A DNA stretch of 64,000 bases from Camelus dromedarius (Eukaryota). Below the pieces are notes generated by a model, which saw only the letters and a list, made by a program, of their open reading frames with translations, was not told the origin of the DNA and ran no database searches. The stretch is from positions 80,912,001-80,976,000 of the forward strand of contig NC_087437.1 in the NCBI RefSeq assembly GCF_036321535.1, read 5' to 3'. The stretch's first letter is position 1. Every line of letters begins with the position of its first letter. Of this stretch, positions 38,070 through 51,329 are shown in pieces. Both the position numbers and the translations under genes were made by a program.

Positions 38070-38639
38070 AGAGGCTAAGCAGCCAAGAACAATGCCCCTA
38101 AATTATGTCCCAGGAAGAGGCCCAGTGCTAATATTGTTCCACCATCATGAGCGCCAAGCTTTAAGCACTGAACCTCTATTCGTAGCACCAAAGGTGCTGC
38201 CTCTGGATATCAAAACCAGTACCACTATTTCTCCTACACTAGAAAGTCCATCTTTCTTCACCTGCTGCTCCACTAGGAAAGGTCACCCATGGATCTTATT
38301 CCCTTATGCCACTAGCTCTCAATTCAAAGTCCAGAGTGGGCATGTCTGACTTGTACATTGTACAGCTGACTGTGCAGTACAGCTAACCTCTAGCTTCAAG
38401 AAGCCCCCCCTGCCACTGCCACCTCTCTCTAAAGGTTTTGTTGAAATCACTTGGAATTTCAATTTGGATTTTTAAAAATATTGCGCCCTATGTATTTGGG
38501 GGAATACTTTCTTAATTGTATTAAAATTACAGCCATATTATCAACAATTATTTAGAATTAAGTAATTTTTCCTCCACTGGTCTCATTGTTCTCTGCTGTT
38601 TTCTAGATACTATCTTGCCTTTAAAAAAAACCTTTTGGT

Positions 38640-39112
38640 AATTAAAATTTCTTTTTCTGAGAGACACCCTAAAGGAATACTTTTCAGTAAGAATGAATGA
38701 ATAGTAAAATTTTCAAGTTTTCTACATCCAAAAGTGTTTCTCCTTTGTCCTTACATTCAAATGACAATTTGGTTCTATTTTGAATTCTAGGGTGATGAAT
38801 TCTTTAGTGATTATACCATTTCTGCCTAGTAGTAAGTTTATAGATAACTGCCCTTGGTTTATTTTTCCTGTCAGTAATATATTTATTTTGTCTTTTCATT
38901 TGTTTGATTTATCTCTTTTTTTTGAAATTCAGAAATTGCACTAGAACATATTTTGGATATATTTTCTTTCACTATATCTTCTGATTATCAAAGTGCTTTT
39001 TTGCTCTGAACACTGGTTTTTCTTCAGCTCAGAAAAACATTTTTTTTTTCTGTGATTTCTTTTATAAGCATTTCTCTTCCATCCTCTTAGTCCTCAGTCC
39101 TCTCCAGAATCC
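38640..39112 (-). mobile_element. Very old L1/HAL1 ORF1-region fragment
   Basis: aaatgacaatttgg...gaattctagg...tttgaaattcagaaattgcactagaa...ttcttcagctcagaaaaa. Confidence 0.5.
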
Positions 39113-39116
39113 CTAA

Positions 39117-39300
39117 GGTACGATGCTCAAAGTGTGGTCCCTCCAAACATCACTTGCGAACTTATTAGAACTGGGAATTCTTGCCATCCTTGAGACCAAA
39201 TGAGCCAGAATTTTTAACGATGGGGCTCAGAAATTTGTGTTTCAACAAGCTTCTCAGATGATTTTGATACATGCTAAAATTTGGCTCTAGAAAGCCACTG
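39117..39300 (+). mobile_element. MER5A MITE
   Basis: ctcaaagtgtggtccc...gaacttattagaa...tgtgtttcaacaagc...gattttgatacatgctaaa...gccactg. Confidence 0.85.
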
Positions 39301-40214
39301 ACCACTGAGAGATAATAATAGATCATTGCTGTGAGGGTAAGTAGCCAGACTGAGCTGTTAACAAACAGTCTCCATCAGCTGCATCTATTTCTGGACAGAC
39401 AGGATTGCAGAGCTCGTTTTCTGTTCTACTCTCTGATGCTCCAAGCTTAGTGCTCTCTATATTCTGGTGACAATGCTTTTTCTGGTTGTGCTTTTCCTAA
39501 GAAGTGTAATCCTCTTGCCTTTTCCTATACACCTGATGCCCTTTATTTTGAACTATTGTCAATAGCCTTTACTGCTTCTGCATCTGATAGAGACTAGATG
39601 GGTAGATACGGCTGGAAGACTGACTTGGATCGTGTTGGGAGGGTTGTTGTACGATGTTTGGCCAACTCACAGTACTCCTGAACTTCACTGATATGGAAGA
39701 CGGGGAATGTTTGGGCTGTTATTCTCACACATGCAATTTTGAAAGTGGTGTGTAGGTTGATTTTAAATGAGATAAAGTTTCACTATTTTATTCCAAAGAT
39801 ATATAAATTAATCACATATAGATTGAAATGCAAGTGTACTGCTTAACATTGATTCTTGGTAATTTAATAATATTGCCAAAAGGCTTTTTGTAAAGCTCCC
39901 TTACAGAAGATAAATGGGAAGAGTCCAACAGGTTTTTAAATTCTTAAGTATTTTGATTACTAAAATGTCAGTATAACAGTATCAGCTTGTGAGTTATTAA
40001 ATAGGATGACTTATAAATAGGATGAACATTCATTTCCACTGTGGAGGAAAGGAAGATATGAGCTATGGGTGTAGGTAGTTTTTCCTTAGCTCTGTTACTT
40101 GCCAGCAGTCTGATCTTTGACAAGCAACATTTTCTCTAAATCTCAGTTTCCTTCTCTGTAAAATGAAGCTAGTAATACCTGTCTTACCAGATAGTTTATT
40201 AAATATGACATTTT

Positions 40215-41005
40215 CATTAAAAAGTTCACAAATGATAATTGCTGAAGAGGGTGTGGAAAAAAGGGAGCCCTCCTGCACTGTTGCTGGGAATGCAGTTTGG
40301 TGCAGCCGTTATGGAAAACAGGATGGAGTTTCCTCAAAAGACTAAAAATAGACTTACCATATGATCCAGCAATCCTACCTCTGGGCATATATCCAGAGGG
40401 AACTCTAATTAGAAAAGATACATGCACCCCAGTGTTCACAGCAGCACTATATACAATAGCCAAGACATGGAAACAGCCTAAATGTCCACTGACAGATGAC
40501 TGGGTAAAGAAGCTGTGGTCTATTTATACAATGGAATACTACTCAGCCATAAAAAAACAATAAAATAATGCCATTTGCAGCAACATGGATGGACCTGGAG
40601 ATCACCATTCTAAGTGAAGTAAGCCAGAAAGAAAGACAAATACCATATGACATCATTCATATGTGGAATCTAAAAGAAGGAAAAAAGAAGACACTAATGA
40701 ACTTATGCACAAAACAGAAACAGACTCATAGATACAGTAAACAATCTTATGGTTACTGGGAGGAAAGGGAGTGGGAAGGGATAAATTGGGAGATTGAGAT
40801 TTGCAAATATTAGCTAGTATATATAAAACAGATGAACAAGAAGTTTCTTTTGTATAGTGCAGGGAACTATATTCAATATCTTGTAGTAACCTATATCAAA
40901 AAAATATGAAGAATATATGTATGTATATGTATGACTGAAACATTATGCTGTACACCAGAAATTGACACAACATGGTAAACTGACTATACTTCAATTAAAA
41001 AAAAA
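40215..41005 (+). mobile_element. 5'-truncated young LINE-1, between MIR remnants
   Basis: ORFs 40297-40563 and 40568-40813 are the ORF2 end; poly(A) at ~40997-41005; TSD-like atatgacatttt (40203) / atatggcatttt (41011). Confidence 0.96.
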
Positions 41006-41112
41006 GATAGATATGGCATTTTAAGGAGAAAAGTACAACAGAGTGAGGACTCTGCACTCAAACTTAGGTTTGAATCTAGCTCTTCCACTTAGAAGCTACT
41101 TCTTAACGTCTC

Positions 41113-41420
41113 TGTGTTAGTCAGGGTGGATTTGGCTTCTCTGCAGTAACAAGCAAACTCCAACTCTTAGAGACTTAACATAATGAATTTTATTTTTTAC
41201 TTGTAATGCAAGCCAGGGATGGAAGAGGGGAGGGTTCTGTTCCATAGAGTCAATCAGGCTGATGATAAAGGCACTGCCATAATTAGCTGCATCTGGAAAG
41301 TGGAGGCTCCACACTGGCAGTAGGAAAGAAGAGAGGAACTAGAGAATGTATGTAGGCTTTTTACTGTAGGGAGTAACACATGTTTTCACTTATATTTCAC
41401 TACCTGGACTAGTGGTATTG
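41113..41420 (-). mobile_element. Old MaLR LTR fragment (MLT1I/J-like)
   Basis: tgtgttagtcaggg...ctgcagtaacaa...ctccaactcttagagacttaaca...tttatttt. Confidence 0.6.
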
Positions 41421-41834
41421 GTTCATCAAATGGTATTACCTCTTAAACAGATGTTATGAAATTGCTCTCATTTCTATATAACAATATGCTAGTATAACAA
41501 AATATTTGGAAGGACCTACATTTATTAATTTATGGCAAACTTTTCAGCAAAGTTCAGCTAAAGGAAACTTCCACTTTTTCTCAACATATTTCTATGTTGT
41601 TTGAATGATTTTGAAAACATTATTTAATAAAGGGAATAGAATTCTATAACTAAAACACAAATGACTCAAATGTTACGTATTGTTTTCCCAGTTAATCTTG
41701 TCATGCTGCTTAACTGAAAGAAGACAGGGATATATAGGGAAGAAAATGGAACATCTGGTGAACTTTACTGTCTGTGTCAAGTTCTCGGTCCTGATTTCTC
41801 ATTTGTAAGATGAGTCTGATAATGGTATCAACTC

Positions 41835-42216
41835 CTGTTACTTCTGTTTAGAACAATTCCACCCTCACCTTTTTCAGGTCTCCCCTAAAACATCTTCTTT
41901 TCAGAAAGGCCTTTTCCACTTCTTTTGTGTAAAAGAGCCACTCCAGCCCCCTCCCCCACCATATCCTCATTGTCTTCCTCACCCTCCCTCACTTTTCTAC
42001 ACTTCATGACTTACCACCATCAGATGCATCAAATATTTACTTGTTTATTTGTTCGTGGCTGTATCTCCAGTATGAACACAGGGACTGGACTACAGGAGAC
42101 ACTTGTATGTATCTATGCCTTTTTTGTTTGTTTACAAAATTCACAGCATTCTTTTAAAAAATTCATGATACAGATGTATATGGATAAAAAGTAAAATATT
42201 TGTTGAGTGAATGAAT
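41835..42216 (+). mobile_element. L2 3' end flanked by MIR pieces
   Basis: tcagaaaggccttttcc...aaatatttgttgagtgaatgaat; MIR-like sequence at 41780-41830 and 42240-42305. Confidence 0.65.
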
Positions 42217-43129
42217 AGATACCCCATGTTGTTACTGCATGGATGAGATGGGCATGGGAAACCCTTAGCACAATCCCTGGCACACAGCAACTGCTCAATA
42301 ATTATGTTGTTTAAAATTAATAATTATTTTTATTTTTGCTAAAAATAACAATTTTATATTTTTATTAAGTATTATAATTAAAATCCACTGCATAATTTTT
42401 GGGACACAATAAGACTCACTAAATGTTAGCTCTGATTATGAATAAGAATCATTGAAGAGCGTATAGCCCAAAAGAACAGGGGCTCAATTGCTGATAGTTG
42501 ATAATTACCAACTCCTGTCCTCTCCCTACAAACTCTCCTCTCTGCTGAAGGCTGGTTCTCCCTAGGCCAGAGGTGTTTTGGACCCTTTCCTTAAACTCAC
42601 CACTGATTCTATAAGCTCCCTCCCCAGTCATGTGCAAGTGACAGTAACCTTCTAATTTGTCTTTTGAATAGTTTTTTTAAATGTGCATTTGTTATGCTTG
42701 TATGCAGAGTATAGCCCTTCAAATTTAGTGGCTCAGGCAAAGAAAGCTTTTTTTTTGTAGTATATCTTAACAGATGCAATTAGAGCAGGTATTTTAGCAA
42801 ACCACATGCATCCTCAATTAAAAAAAAAAACAAAAAAACAAGAGCTTCCCTTTGCATTTGCCTCTGGTGTATATGATGCTAAAAGCCTCTCTTCAGTTTC
42901 TGCAGCTAGCTTAGTTAATGCTATTAGTTCTAAATAACACAAGTGTTTGCCATTCCCTGGTCCATTCTGTTGTCCACCTGACTTTATTATCTCTTGTTCA
43001 TAGATTTTAGCAGTTTCAGTCTTCCAACTTATTTTCACTTATTCCCGGACTTAGCAGCTTTCAAATTTCAAATTCAGTACATTTGATTTCTTGTTCAAAA
43101 GAATTGTATACATATATATTTCTTTCTCT

Positions 43130-43190
43130 TCTTTTCTATTAAAGCATAGTAGATTTACACTACTGTGTTAGTTTCTGGAGTATATATATA
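43130..43190 (-). mobile_element. Tiny L1 3' tip
   Basis: attaaagcatagtagatttacactactgtgttagtttctggagta matches the L1 terminus seen at 45429-45475. Confidence 0.7.
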
Positions 43191-43194
43191 TATA

Positions 43195-44760
43195 GCTTAC
43201 TGTAAGCTTTCTGAGAACAGGATCTGTAGCCTGGTACCCAACACGTAGCATTAGGTATTTAATAACAGTTGAGGATGAACACGAAATGATTTATTCCAAG
43301 GGATAGGCTCATGGTAAGTTTCACGGAGGAGATGATATTTGGGCTGAATGGTAAAAGATGGGCAAAATTTCAATAAGTAAAAAGATGAGGAAGATAACAA
43401 GGACTTTCCAATTGAGGAAACAACATCATCAAAGCATGTATGTGTAAAATTTCCTAACATGTTCGGGGAGTGGTGAGTAGCTGGATGTGTCACAGTGTTA
43501 AGTACCTAAAGAGATGTAATGGGAGACGGGGCTCAGGGGGAAGTTTGAGAAAGGTGTGGCAACCTGAGATTGAGGATGAGTTTTCACTTTGGTCTGAACA
43601 CTGGGGGGCCACTGAAGGCATTTAAGGAGGGAATATAACCCTCCTAGGTTATAAAGAACCCAGGAGGTTATTTAAAAATTACAGTTACAAATAAACAAAA
43701 TAAGAAATGAAAATGGAGAAATTACAGCCAACACCACAGAAATACAAATAACCATAAAAGAATACTATGAACAGCTATATGGAAACAAATTGGACAACCT
43801 AGAAGACATGGACAAGTTTTTAGAAACAGTCTACCAACACTCAGTCAAGAAGAAATAGATCATTTAAACAGACTGATCACTAGAAGTGAAATAGAATCAA
43901 CAATATAAAACCTCCCTGAAAACAGAAGTCCAGGGTCAGATGGTTTCACTGGGAAGTTCTACCAAACATACAAAGAACTCCTATTGATCCTTCTTAAACT
44001 CTTTCAAAAGATTGAAGAGGAGAGAATACTCCCAAACTCATTCTATGAAGCCACCATCACCCTGATATCAAACCAGAAAAAGACACCATCAAAAAAGAAA
44101 ATCACAGGCCAATATCATTGAATGAATGAATATAGATGCAAAAATCCTTAACAAAATATTAGCAGACAGAATCCAACAACACATAAAAAAGATCATACAC
44201 CATGATCTAGTTGGATTCACTCCAGGGACACAAGCATGGTTCAACATATGCAAATCAATCAATGTGATACACCACATCAACAAAAGAAAGGACAAAAATC
44301 ACATGATCAGCTCAATAGATGTAGGAAATGCATTTGATGAAAGTCAACACCCATTTATGATAAAAGTTGGAGTGGAAAGTGAGGCCAAGCTGGGACCAGT
44401 TAGGAAGCTCTAGCAACACACCAAGCAAAAAATTAACATGAAGAGCTGGATTAGGGCAGTGGCAGAGGCAGGGGAGAGGAAGAGATCACGGGGGTGAGGG
44501 GGGCAAATATCACTGAAGTGTAGTTGAAGGGATTTGGTAACCAGATTGGCGTGGGTTGAAGAGAATTTCTTTCACTTCAATAGCTCAAGCCTGGGTGACT
44601 GCGAGGTTGCTCATGCCATTACTGAGAATGAGGACTCAGAGGAAAAGCACATTTGGTCTGTCTTCAATTTTGCAAATTGAGCTTGAAGTCCAAAGGGCAC
44701 AACTCAGTGTCAATAGCTGTCAGGAAGTTGGAATTTGAGTCACGCCCTCTGAAGAGTGTG
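43195..44760 (-). mobile_element. L2 fragments, split by an L1 piece
   Basis: ggaggagatgatatttgggctga...ccactgaaggcatttaag and gctggattagggcagtggcagagg...tgccattactgagaatga; the first ~80 nt look like a plus-strand L2 tail. Confidence 0.6.
43690..44365 (+). mobile_element. Internal L1 ORF2 fragment without 3' end
   Basis: ORF 44126 [27 protein letters not shown]...[13 protein letters not shown]; ends abruptly at QHPFMIK. Confidence 0.95.
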
Positions 44761-45423
44761 TTATTCTTGGTTGCAGCCTACAAATCTCGTCTGGTCTAAA
44801 TTTGGAGTGAATAGATTACTTTTGAGTGGTAAAACTGTGAACATTACAAAGACTCTCTAAACAAGTAGTAAAATTTTTATGGTACATTATAACACTCAAT
44901 ATTTTTCTTTGATTCTTTTCTGCCATGCCATTTTAATCCTTTCCTTCTCTTGTTGCTTCTTGAGGACCATTAACTGGGGGAGTAGTACTTTTCTTTCTGA
45001 GGTTCTTGCCCAATTTGGTGAGGTCCAAAGGAACAATATGTTAGGTACAATTTGAAAAGTTTTGCTCTGTTCTTAAGCTGGATCTAAAGGTTCAGGACCA
45101 TGCATCTCTGAGGTATATGGCTCTGCTGTCTAGTGCAGCCTGCAGGTGTTTACTGCCATCAAAATACGTGACTGTGCCTCTAAATCAGGACAACCAGATG
45201 GTATTGCATAGTCCACTTCTAACAAAAGCAAATTTTGAATACAAAACCCAGATTTCAAAAACAGGCCTGGGCACTGTCCCTTCACTGCAGCCCCTGTTTG
45301 AAGCCAATGTCTCTCCTAACGCTGTCTTGGGGCTTTGCTATCTGTTTTTGTGTTTACTAAGCATTTTTGATCTATCAGTATACTTAGCTTTCCTGTTTTG
45401 TTAATTTACTATGTTAACTATTT

Positions 45424-45921
45424 CTTTTATTAAAGTATAGTCGGTTTACAATGTTGTGTTAATTTCTGGTGTACAGGATAGTGATTCAGTTATATATATA
45501 TACACATATATATATATATATATATTCCTTTTCATATTTTTCATTATGGGCTATTACAAGGTATTGAATGTAGTTCCCTATGCTATACAATAAGACCTTG
45601 TTTATCTATTTTATAAATATTTTTTATATGGTAGTTTGTATCTGCCATCCTGAACTCCCAGTTTATTCCTCCATCCCCCCTACCCCCTGGTAACCACAAA
45701 TTTGTTTTTTATGTCTGTGAGTTTGTTTCGCTTTGTAAATAAATTCACTTGTGTCATTTTTTTTTAAGATTTCAGATATAAGTGATATTAAATGATTTTT
45801 ATCTTTCTCTGTGTGACTTCACTTAGTATGATAATCGTTAGGTCCATCCATGTTGCTGCAAATGGCATTATTTAATTTTTTTATGGCTGAATAGTATTCC
45901 ATTGTATACATACCACAGCTT
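45424..45921 (-). mobile_element. LINE-1 3'UTR (first of two tandem 3' ends)
   Basis: taaagtatagtcggtttacaatgttgtg...ccatgttgctgcaaatggc...taccacagcttc; contains (TA)n. Confidence 0.92.
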
Positions 45922-47960
45922 CTTCTTTTTTAATTGAAGTATAGTCAGTTTCTGATGTGTCAGTTTCTGATGTACAGCCTAATGTCCTAGTCATGCATAT
46001 ATATACATATATTCATTTTCATATTGTTTTTCATTAAAGTTATTACAAGATATTAAATATAGTTTCCTGTGCTATACAGAAGAAATTTGTTTTTTTAACC
46101 TATTTTTTTATATAATGGTTAACCTTTGTAAATCTCAAACTCCCAAATTTATCCCTTCCCACCCCCTTCCCTGGTAACCATAAGATTTTTTACTATGTCT
46201 GCAAGTCTGTTTCTAGTTTGTAGATGAGTTTATTAGTGTTCTCTCTTTTCTTTCTTTCTTTTTTTTTTTTTTTTTGGATTCCACATATGAGTGATATCAC
46301 ATGGTATTTTTCTTTCTCTTTCTGGCTTTCTTCACTTAGAGTGACCATCTCCAGGTTCATCCATGTTGCTGCAAATGGCATTATTTTATTCTTTTTTATG
46401 GCTGAGTAGTATTCCATTGTATACATATACTGCAACTTCTTTATCCAGTAATCTGTTAATAGACATTTAGGTTGTTTCCATGTCTTGGCTATTGTATATA
46501 ATGCTGCTATGAACATTGGGGTGCATGTATCTTTTTGAATTAGAGTTCCCTCTAGATATATATTCCCTCTAGATCCATTGCTGGATCATATGGTAAGTCT
46601 ATTTTCAGTTTTTTGAGGAATCTCCATACTGATTTACATAGTGGCTGCACATAGCTACATTCCCACCAACATTGTAGAATGGTTCCATTTTCTCCACACC
46701 CTCTCCAGCATTTACCATTTGTGGACTTTTTAATTATGCCCACTCTGACTGGTGTGAGGTGATACCTCATTGAAGTTTTGATTTGCATTTCTCTGATAAT
46801 TAGCAATATTGAGCATTTTTTCTTGTGCCTATTGGCCATTCATATGTCTTCATTGGAGAATTGCTTGTTTAGGTCTTCTGCTCAATTTTGGATTGGGTTA
46901 TTTGTTTTTTCTTATTAAGTTGTATGAGCTGTTTATATATTCTGGGGATTAAGCCCTTGTCAGTCTCATCTTTTACAAATATTTTCTCCCATTCTGTAGG
47001 TTGTCTTTTTGTTTTGTTTATAGTTTCCTTTGCTGTGCAAAAATTTAATTAGATTCCATTTGTTTGTTTTTGCTTTTACTTCTATTGCCTGGGTAGATTG
47101 CTCTAGGAGAAGATTGCTATGATTTTTGTCAGAGAACATTTAGGAGGTTATAGTGTCTTGTCTTATGTTTAAGTCTTTAAGTCATTTTGAATTTATTTTT
47201 GTGTGTGGTGTGAGAGAGTGCTCTAACTTCATTGATTTACATGCAGCTGTCCAGCTTTCCCAGTACCACTTGCCAAAGAGGCTGTCTTTTCTCCATTATA
47301 TATTCTTGCCTCCTTTGTTGAAGATTAATTGACCATAGCTATATAGGCTCTCTATTCTGTTCCATTGATCCATATGTCTGTTTTTGTGCTAATATCATGC
47401 TGTTTTGATTACTGTAGGTCTGTAGTATTGTCTGAAGTTTGGGAGGGTTATTCCTCCAGCTTTGTTCTTTTTCTTCAATATTGCTTTGGCAACTCTGGGT
47501 CTTTTGTGATTCCATATACATTTTAGAATTATTTGTTCTAGTTCTGTGAAAAATAGAGCAGTTCTAGTTCTGTGTCCTGGGTAATTTGATAGAGATTGCA
47601 TTAAATCTGTAGATTGCTTTGGGTAGTATGGCCATTTTAACAATATTGATTCTTCCATTCCAAGAGCATGGGATATCTTTCCATTTCTTTAAATTATCTT
47701 TAATTTCCTTAATCAATGTTTTATAGTTCTCTGCATATAAGTCTTTCACCTCCTTGGATAGATTTATTCCTAACTTTTTTTTTATATATATGATTTTAAA
47801 AGGGATTTTTTTTTAACCTTTCCTTTTCTGATATTTCATTTTTAGTGTAAAGAAATGCAACAGATTTCTGTATGTTAATCTTGTATCTTGCTATCTTGCT
47901 GAATTTGTTTATCAGTTCTAGTAGTTTTTTTGTGGAGTCTTTAGGGTTTTCTATACATGG
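45922..47960 (-). mobile_element. 2-kb 5'-truncated young LINE-1
   Basis: ORFs 46193-46516, 46552-46839, 47395-47658, 47564-47749 are the ORF2 C-terminal half; own T-tail at ~45922-45932. Confidence 0.96.
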
Positions 47961-47966
47961 TACACA

Positions 47967-48205
47967 TTAACTATTTTTAAGTGTACTGTTCAGCAATGAT
48001 AAGTACATTCATATTGTTGTGTAACCAGTCCCAAGAACTCTTTTCCTCTTGCAGAATGGAAACTCTATACCCATTAAACAATAACTCCCCATTTCCCCTG
48101 CCCTACTCAGCCCCTGCCAGTCACCCCTCTGCTTTCTCTCTTTATGAATTTGACACCTCTAGGTACCTCATGTAAGTGGCTTCATACAGTATTTGTTTTT
48201 TTGTG
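47967..48205 (-). mobile_element. L1MA/L1MB 3' end (host of the 45424-47960 insertion)
   Basis: ttaactatttttaagtgtac...gaaactctatacccattaaacaataactcccc...ctctaggtacctcatgtaagtgg. Confidence 0.85.
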
Positions 48206-50504
48206 TGTGTGTGTGATGCTTCCCTGGTTTTGATCCATTGCCTTTGATCCATCTCCTGGGATTTGAACTCGTCTTAGGCTTGGTCACTTTGTGTACCCAT
48301 CGACACTATAAAGGCCTTGACTCCAGAACCCCACTGGCAGCATTCTGCGCCTGTGCTCCTGCTCCTAAGGGAAACTGATATGCTGTGAGAGAATGTTTCA
48401 GCTACATAGAATTCCCCATGTCCAGTCTGCTCCTCATCAAATCATGGATCTGGAAGGAACTCAGCAGTCAGACCCCTGTCTTATGGCAAAATGTGCTGCC
48501 CACTCCCAGCTCTGCAAGCAGATTAAACAGCCACTGGCAAGAAAGCATCTTGCAAATCAAGAGTCCAAGAATGGTAACTCAGAGTTAGAATATCGCCAAT
48601 GAGAAGAATACCACAACAGACGTTTAGTATTTATATTGTACTTTTCTTCTGAAGACAGTAACGTGCTTATCAGATATTACCTTAACAGTGAAGCAAGTCC
48701 TTAAGAAAACTGCAGTCTGACAACTTAAGCTCCCCTAATAAATGTCCCATTGGGTGACCTTATTTGATTTGAAACTGAAGGTGCTATTCTTGAAAACTTG
48801 GAAAGGAGTCTCAGTCATTGAAGCTGATCTTTCGTATCAGAGGAGTCTCTTTAAACCAGAGCCATGGTGGATCAGATTCATGGCTCCAGCAAGAATCTGA
48901 AGGGTTAGTGCACTTACCCAGCTCGAGCCCACACTGGGAGTGGGAGAGTATCTTGTTTTTTGAGCTCTCTGGATAAAGCCTTTACTACCTGGGCACTCCC
49001 TCATGTCTGACTGGTTCTTCATTATATCCCCAGCTCTTATCACAGTGTCTAATACACAGCAGGAATTCCGTTAAACATTTGCCAAATGATAAAAAAGAAT
49101 GCATATGAGGTCATTCTTCTTTATTTTTAAATCTCCAAATCTTTTGTTTCTCAATCTGCAATTTTACCCCTTATCTATCATTATTAACCCTTAGGAAAGT
49201 AGCTTATACCCTTAAATAAAGAGTATTTTCAAGATTCCAAAAAGATTGAGGAGGTACAAATGGTGTCTGAAACCCGTATCTTCTACCTAAGTAACTTAGG
49301 CTATTAGGTCCCTGAGATTTCTTGTGATCGCCCACCAACTTAACTTACTCAATCAAACGTACTGTTGGAAAGCTGGTGTGAGCATTTTAATCGTAGGAGG
49401 AAAAGATAGAGAGAGAGACCAGGTCTCAGTTGTCTGTTTTTCTTTTTAATGGAAATACCAGGAACTGGAAATACACTGGGGCTGAAAACATACTAGATTC
49501 AAGGAACTGGTTAAGATAGATAACAATGCCTTTGAAGGGAGCCAGGAGCCCATTTCACTTTCAACTGATATTCTCAATACAGCCCAATTGGTGGGCAAAG
49601 CAATTCCCAGTGGGGACTTGGAAGGAGGTTGGAAACTCAAAAGGGAGAGGCAGAAGTGTGACCTGGCTCCCTGGATCGCTGGCCTGGAGCCAGATTCTCT
49701 GCTCCTTTTCAAAGGTGGAATTGAGGCTGAGAAGAACTCATAGAGAAGAAATGAGAATCTTATTTCGTTTGTTGTTTGGTTTGCTGTCGGTGGTGGTGGC
49801 TTTTGGAGAGAAGTGTAGCCACATATTATCCAAGCAGTCATGGACTAATGTGGGCTCTGTATTCCGGGCTGTAGCGCAGGGCTGACGCTGCTCACCACAG
49901 GTCTCACTCTTCCCACAGCCCAGTCCCCTTCCCTGCATGGGGTTTGGAGCCACTTTCTATATATACATCATCAGTCTTCCTTGTTAGTTTGGTGGCATGT
50001 TATTCCAAGACATATGAGAGGAAACCATTCTTGGGGAAGTAGGTGCAGATAGTAATCTGTAATAACACTTTTAATAAGACTCTCATTCCTTGTTCCAAGT
50101 TAATTTTTGTTTAAATTTGGCATCTATATTTCTCCACTGTGACTGGTTTTGGATTGGGGGATTTTAAGGAGTTGAAATCATGCCTATGAAATTCTCAAGA
50201 TATAGTGCCTAGTACAGAGTTAATTCTTTGTTGAGTGTCAATGAGAGAGAAATGCAAAAGGAGACACGATGTGGTCTTTGTCTGGCAGGAGCTTTCAGGG
50301 TAGTTAGAGAAATAAAACAGGCACACATATGACAGTTAGTGAAAAAAGCTCTATAACATGAGCCAATTGTTTGGTATTAACAATAAGCATGTCTAACAAA
50401 CTAATTAACAAATGAACCAAAAAAATCATTTGATTGGAACTCCACTGAGGAAGGAAACTATGGCTGGATCCCAAAAGATGCGTAAGTGTGGTGATTATCT
50501 CTGT

Positions 50505-51025
50505 TGTTTTTCTCCCAACACTCACGCCCCCTTCTTATGATAATAATTCTCTGAGTTTGCTTTGGGGAAATTAACTGTCCCTTTGCCACTTTCAATCCAT
50601 GTGTTTCTGGTGAACCCAACTCCACTCTTGGATCCGTGGGCATGATATGACCAACACTAAGCCATCAGTGACTGCCTCTTCTCTGGCCATAGCTGATTCA
50701 GGAATAAACACATGATCCAGTTCAGGTCGATCAGAGTTAATAAGACTCAACATAAGAATTTTTTGAATTATCAAGGATGAAGCTTCTCTTAATTGCAGCC
50801 ATTTTGCTGTCATAAAGAACAAGCATGACTGAGAGTAAAGCCAACTTAGCGTAGGGAAGAGCTGAGAGATGCAGAGAAACAGCCTGGTGACTTTGAGTTG
50901 CTGAATCCAGCCGTGCTTGAAACACAGATTACTCTACATTTATATTATGTATACCAGTACTTTCTCTTTTTTGCTTAAGACACCTGGGTTGGGTTTCTGT
51001 CACCTACGATCAAAAGGAACCCGAT
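50505..51025 (+). mobile_element. Old MaLR LTR (MLT1J/K-like)
   Basis: cacatgatccagttcagg...gcagccattttg...tttttgcttaag...gttgggtttctgtcacct. Confidence 0.75.
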
Positions 51026-51329
51026 TTGAGCTGTAGGACCAGGAGAGGCAGAAGGATAAAGCAATCTATTAAGAGGAAGGGTCTGAGTAAAGGGAAAGAG
51101 GCATATGACGCCCTGGAACAGCGTAGGGAGGCTTTCATGTTGGGAACAGAGGTTGATGCTAAAAGTAACCTTGGACATTTAACATAGGATCAGTTCATGA
51201 AAAGTCTGGAAGTCAGTCCTGGAAGTTTAGGGTCAGTGTGAAGACAGTGGGGGAGCTACAGTGAGGTTTGGATACAATGCTATATAGATCCACTCTTGGT
51301 TGACATAATTTCGTTTTCATCACTCCTGG

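Noticed and set aside
48385..49953. Clusters of overlapping ORFs at 48385-48602 and 49446-49953
   Set aside because: No known homology or paired splice sites; consistent with chance in moderately GC-rich sequence.
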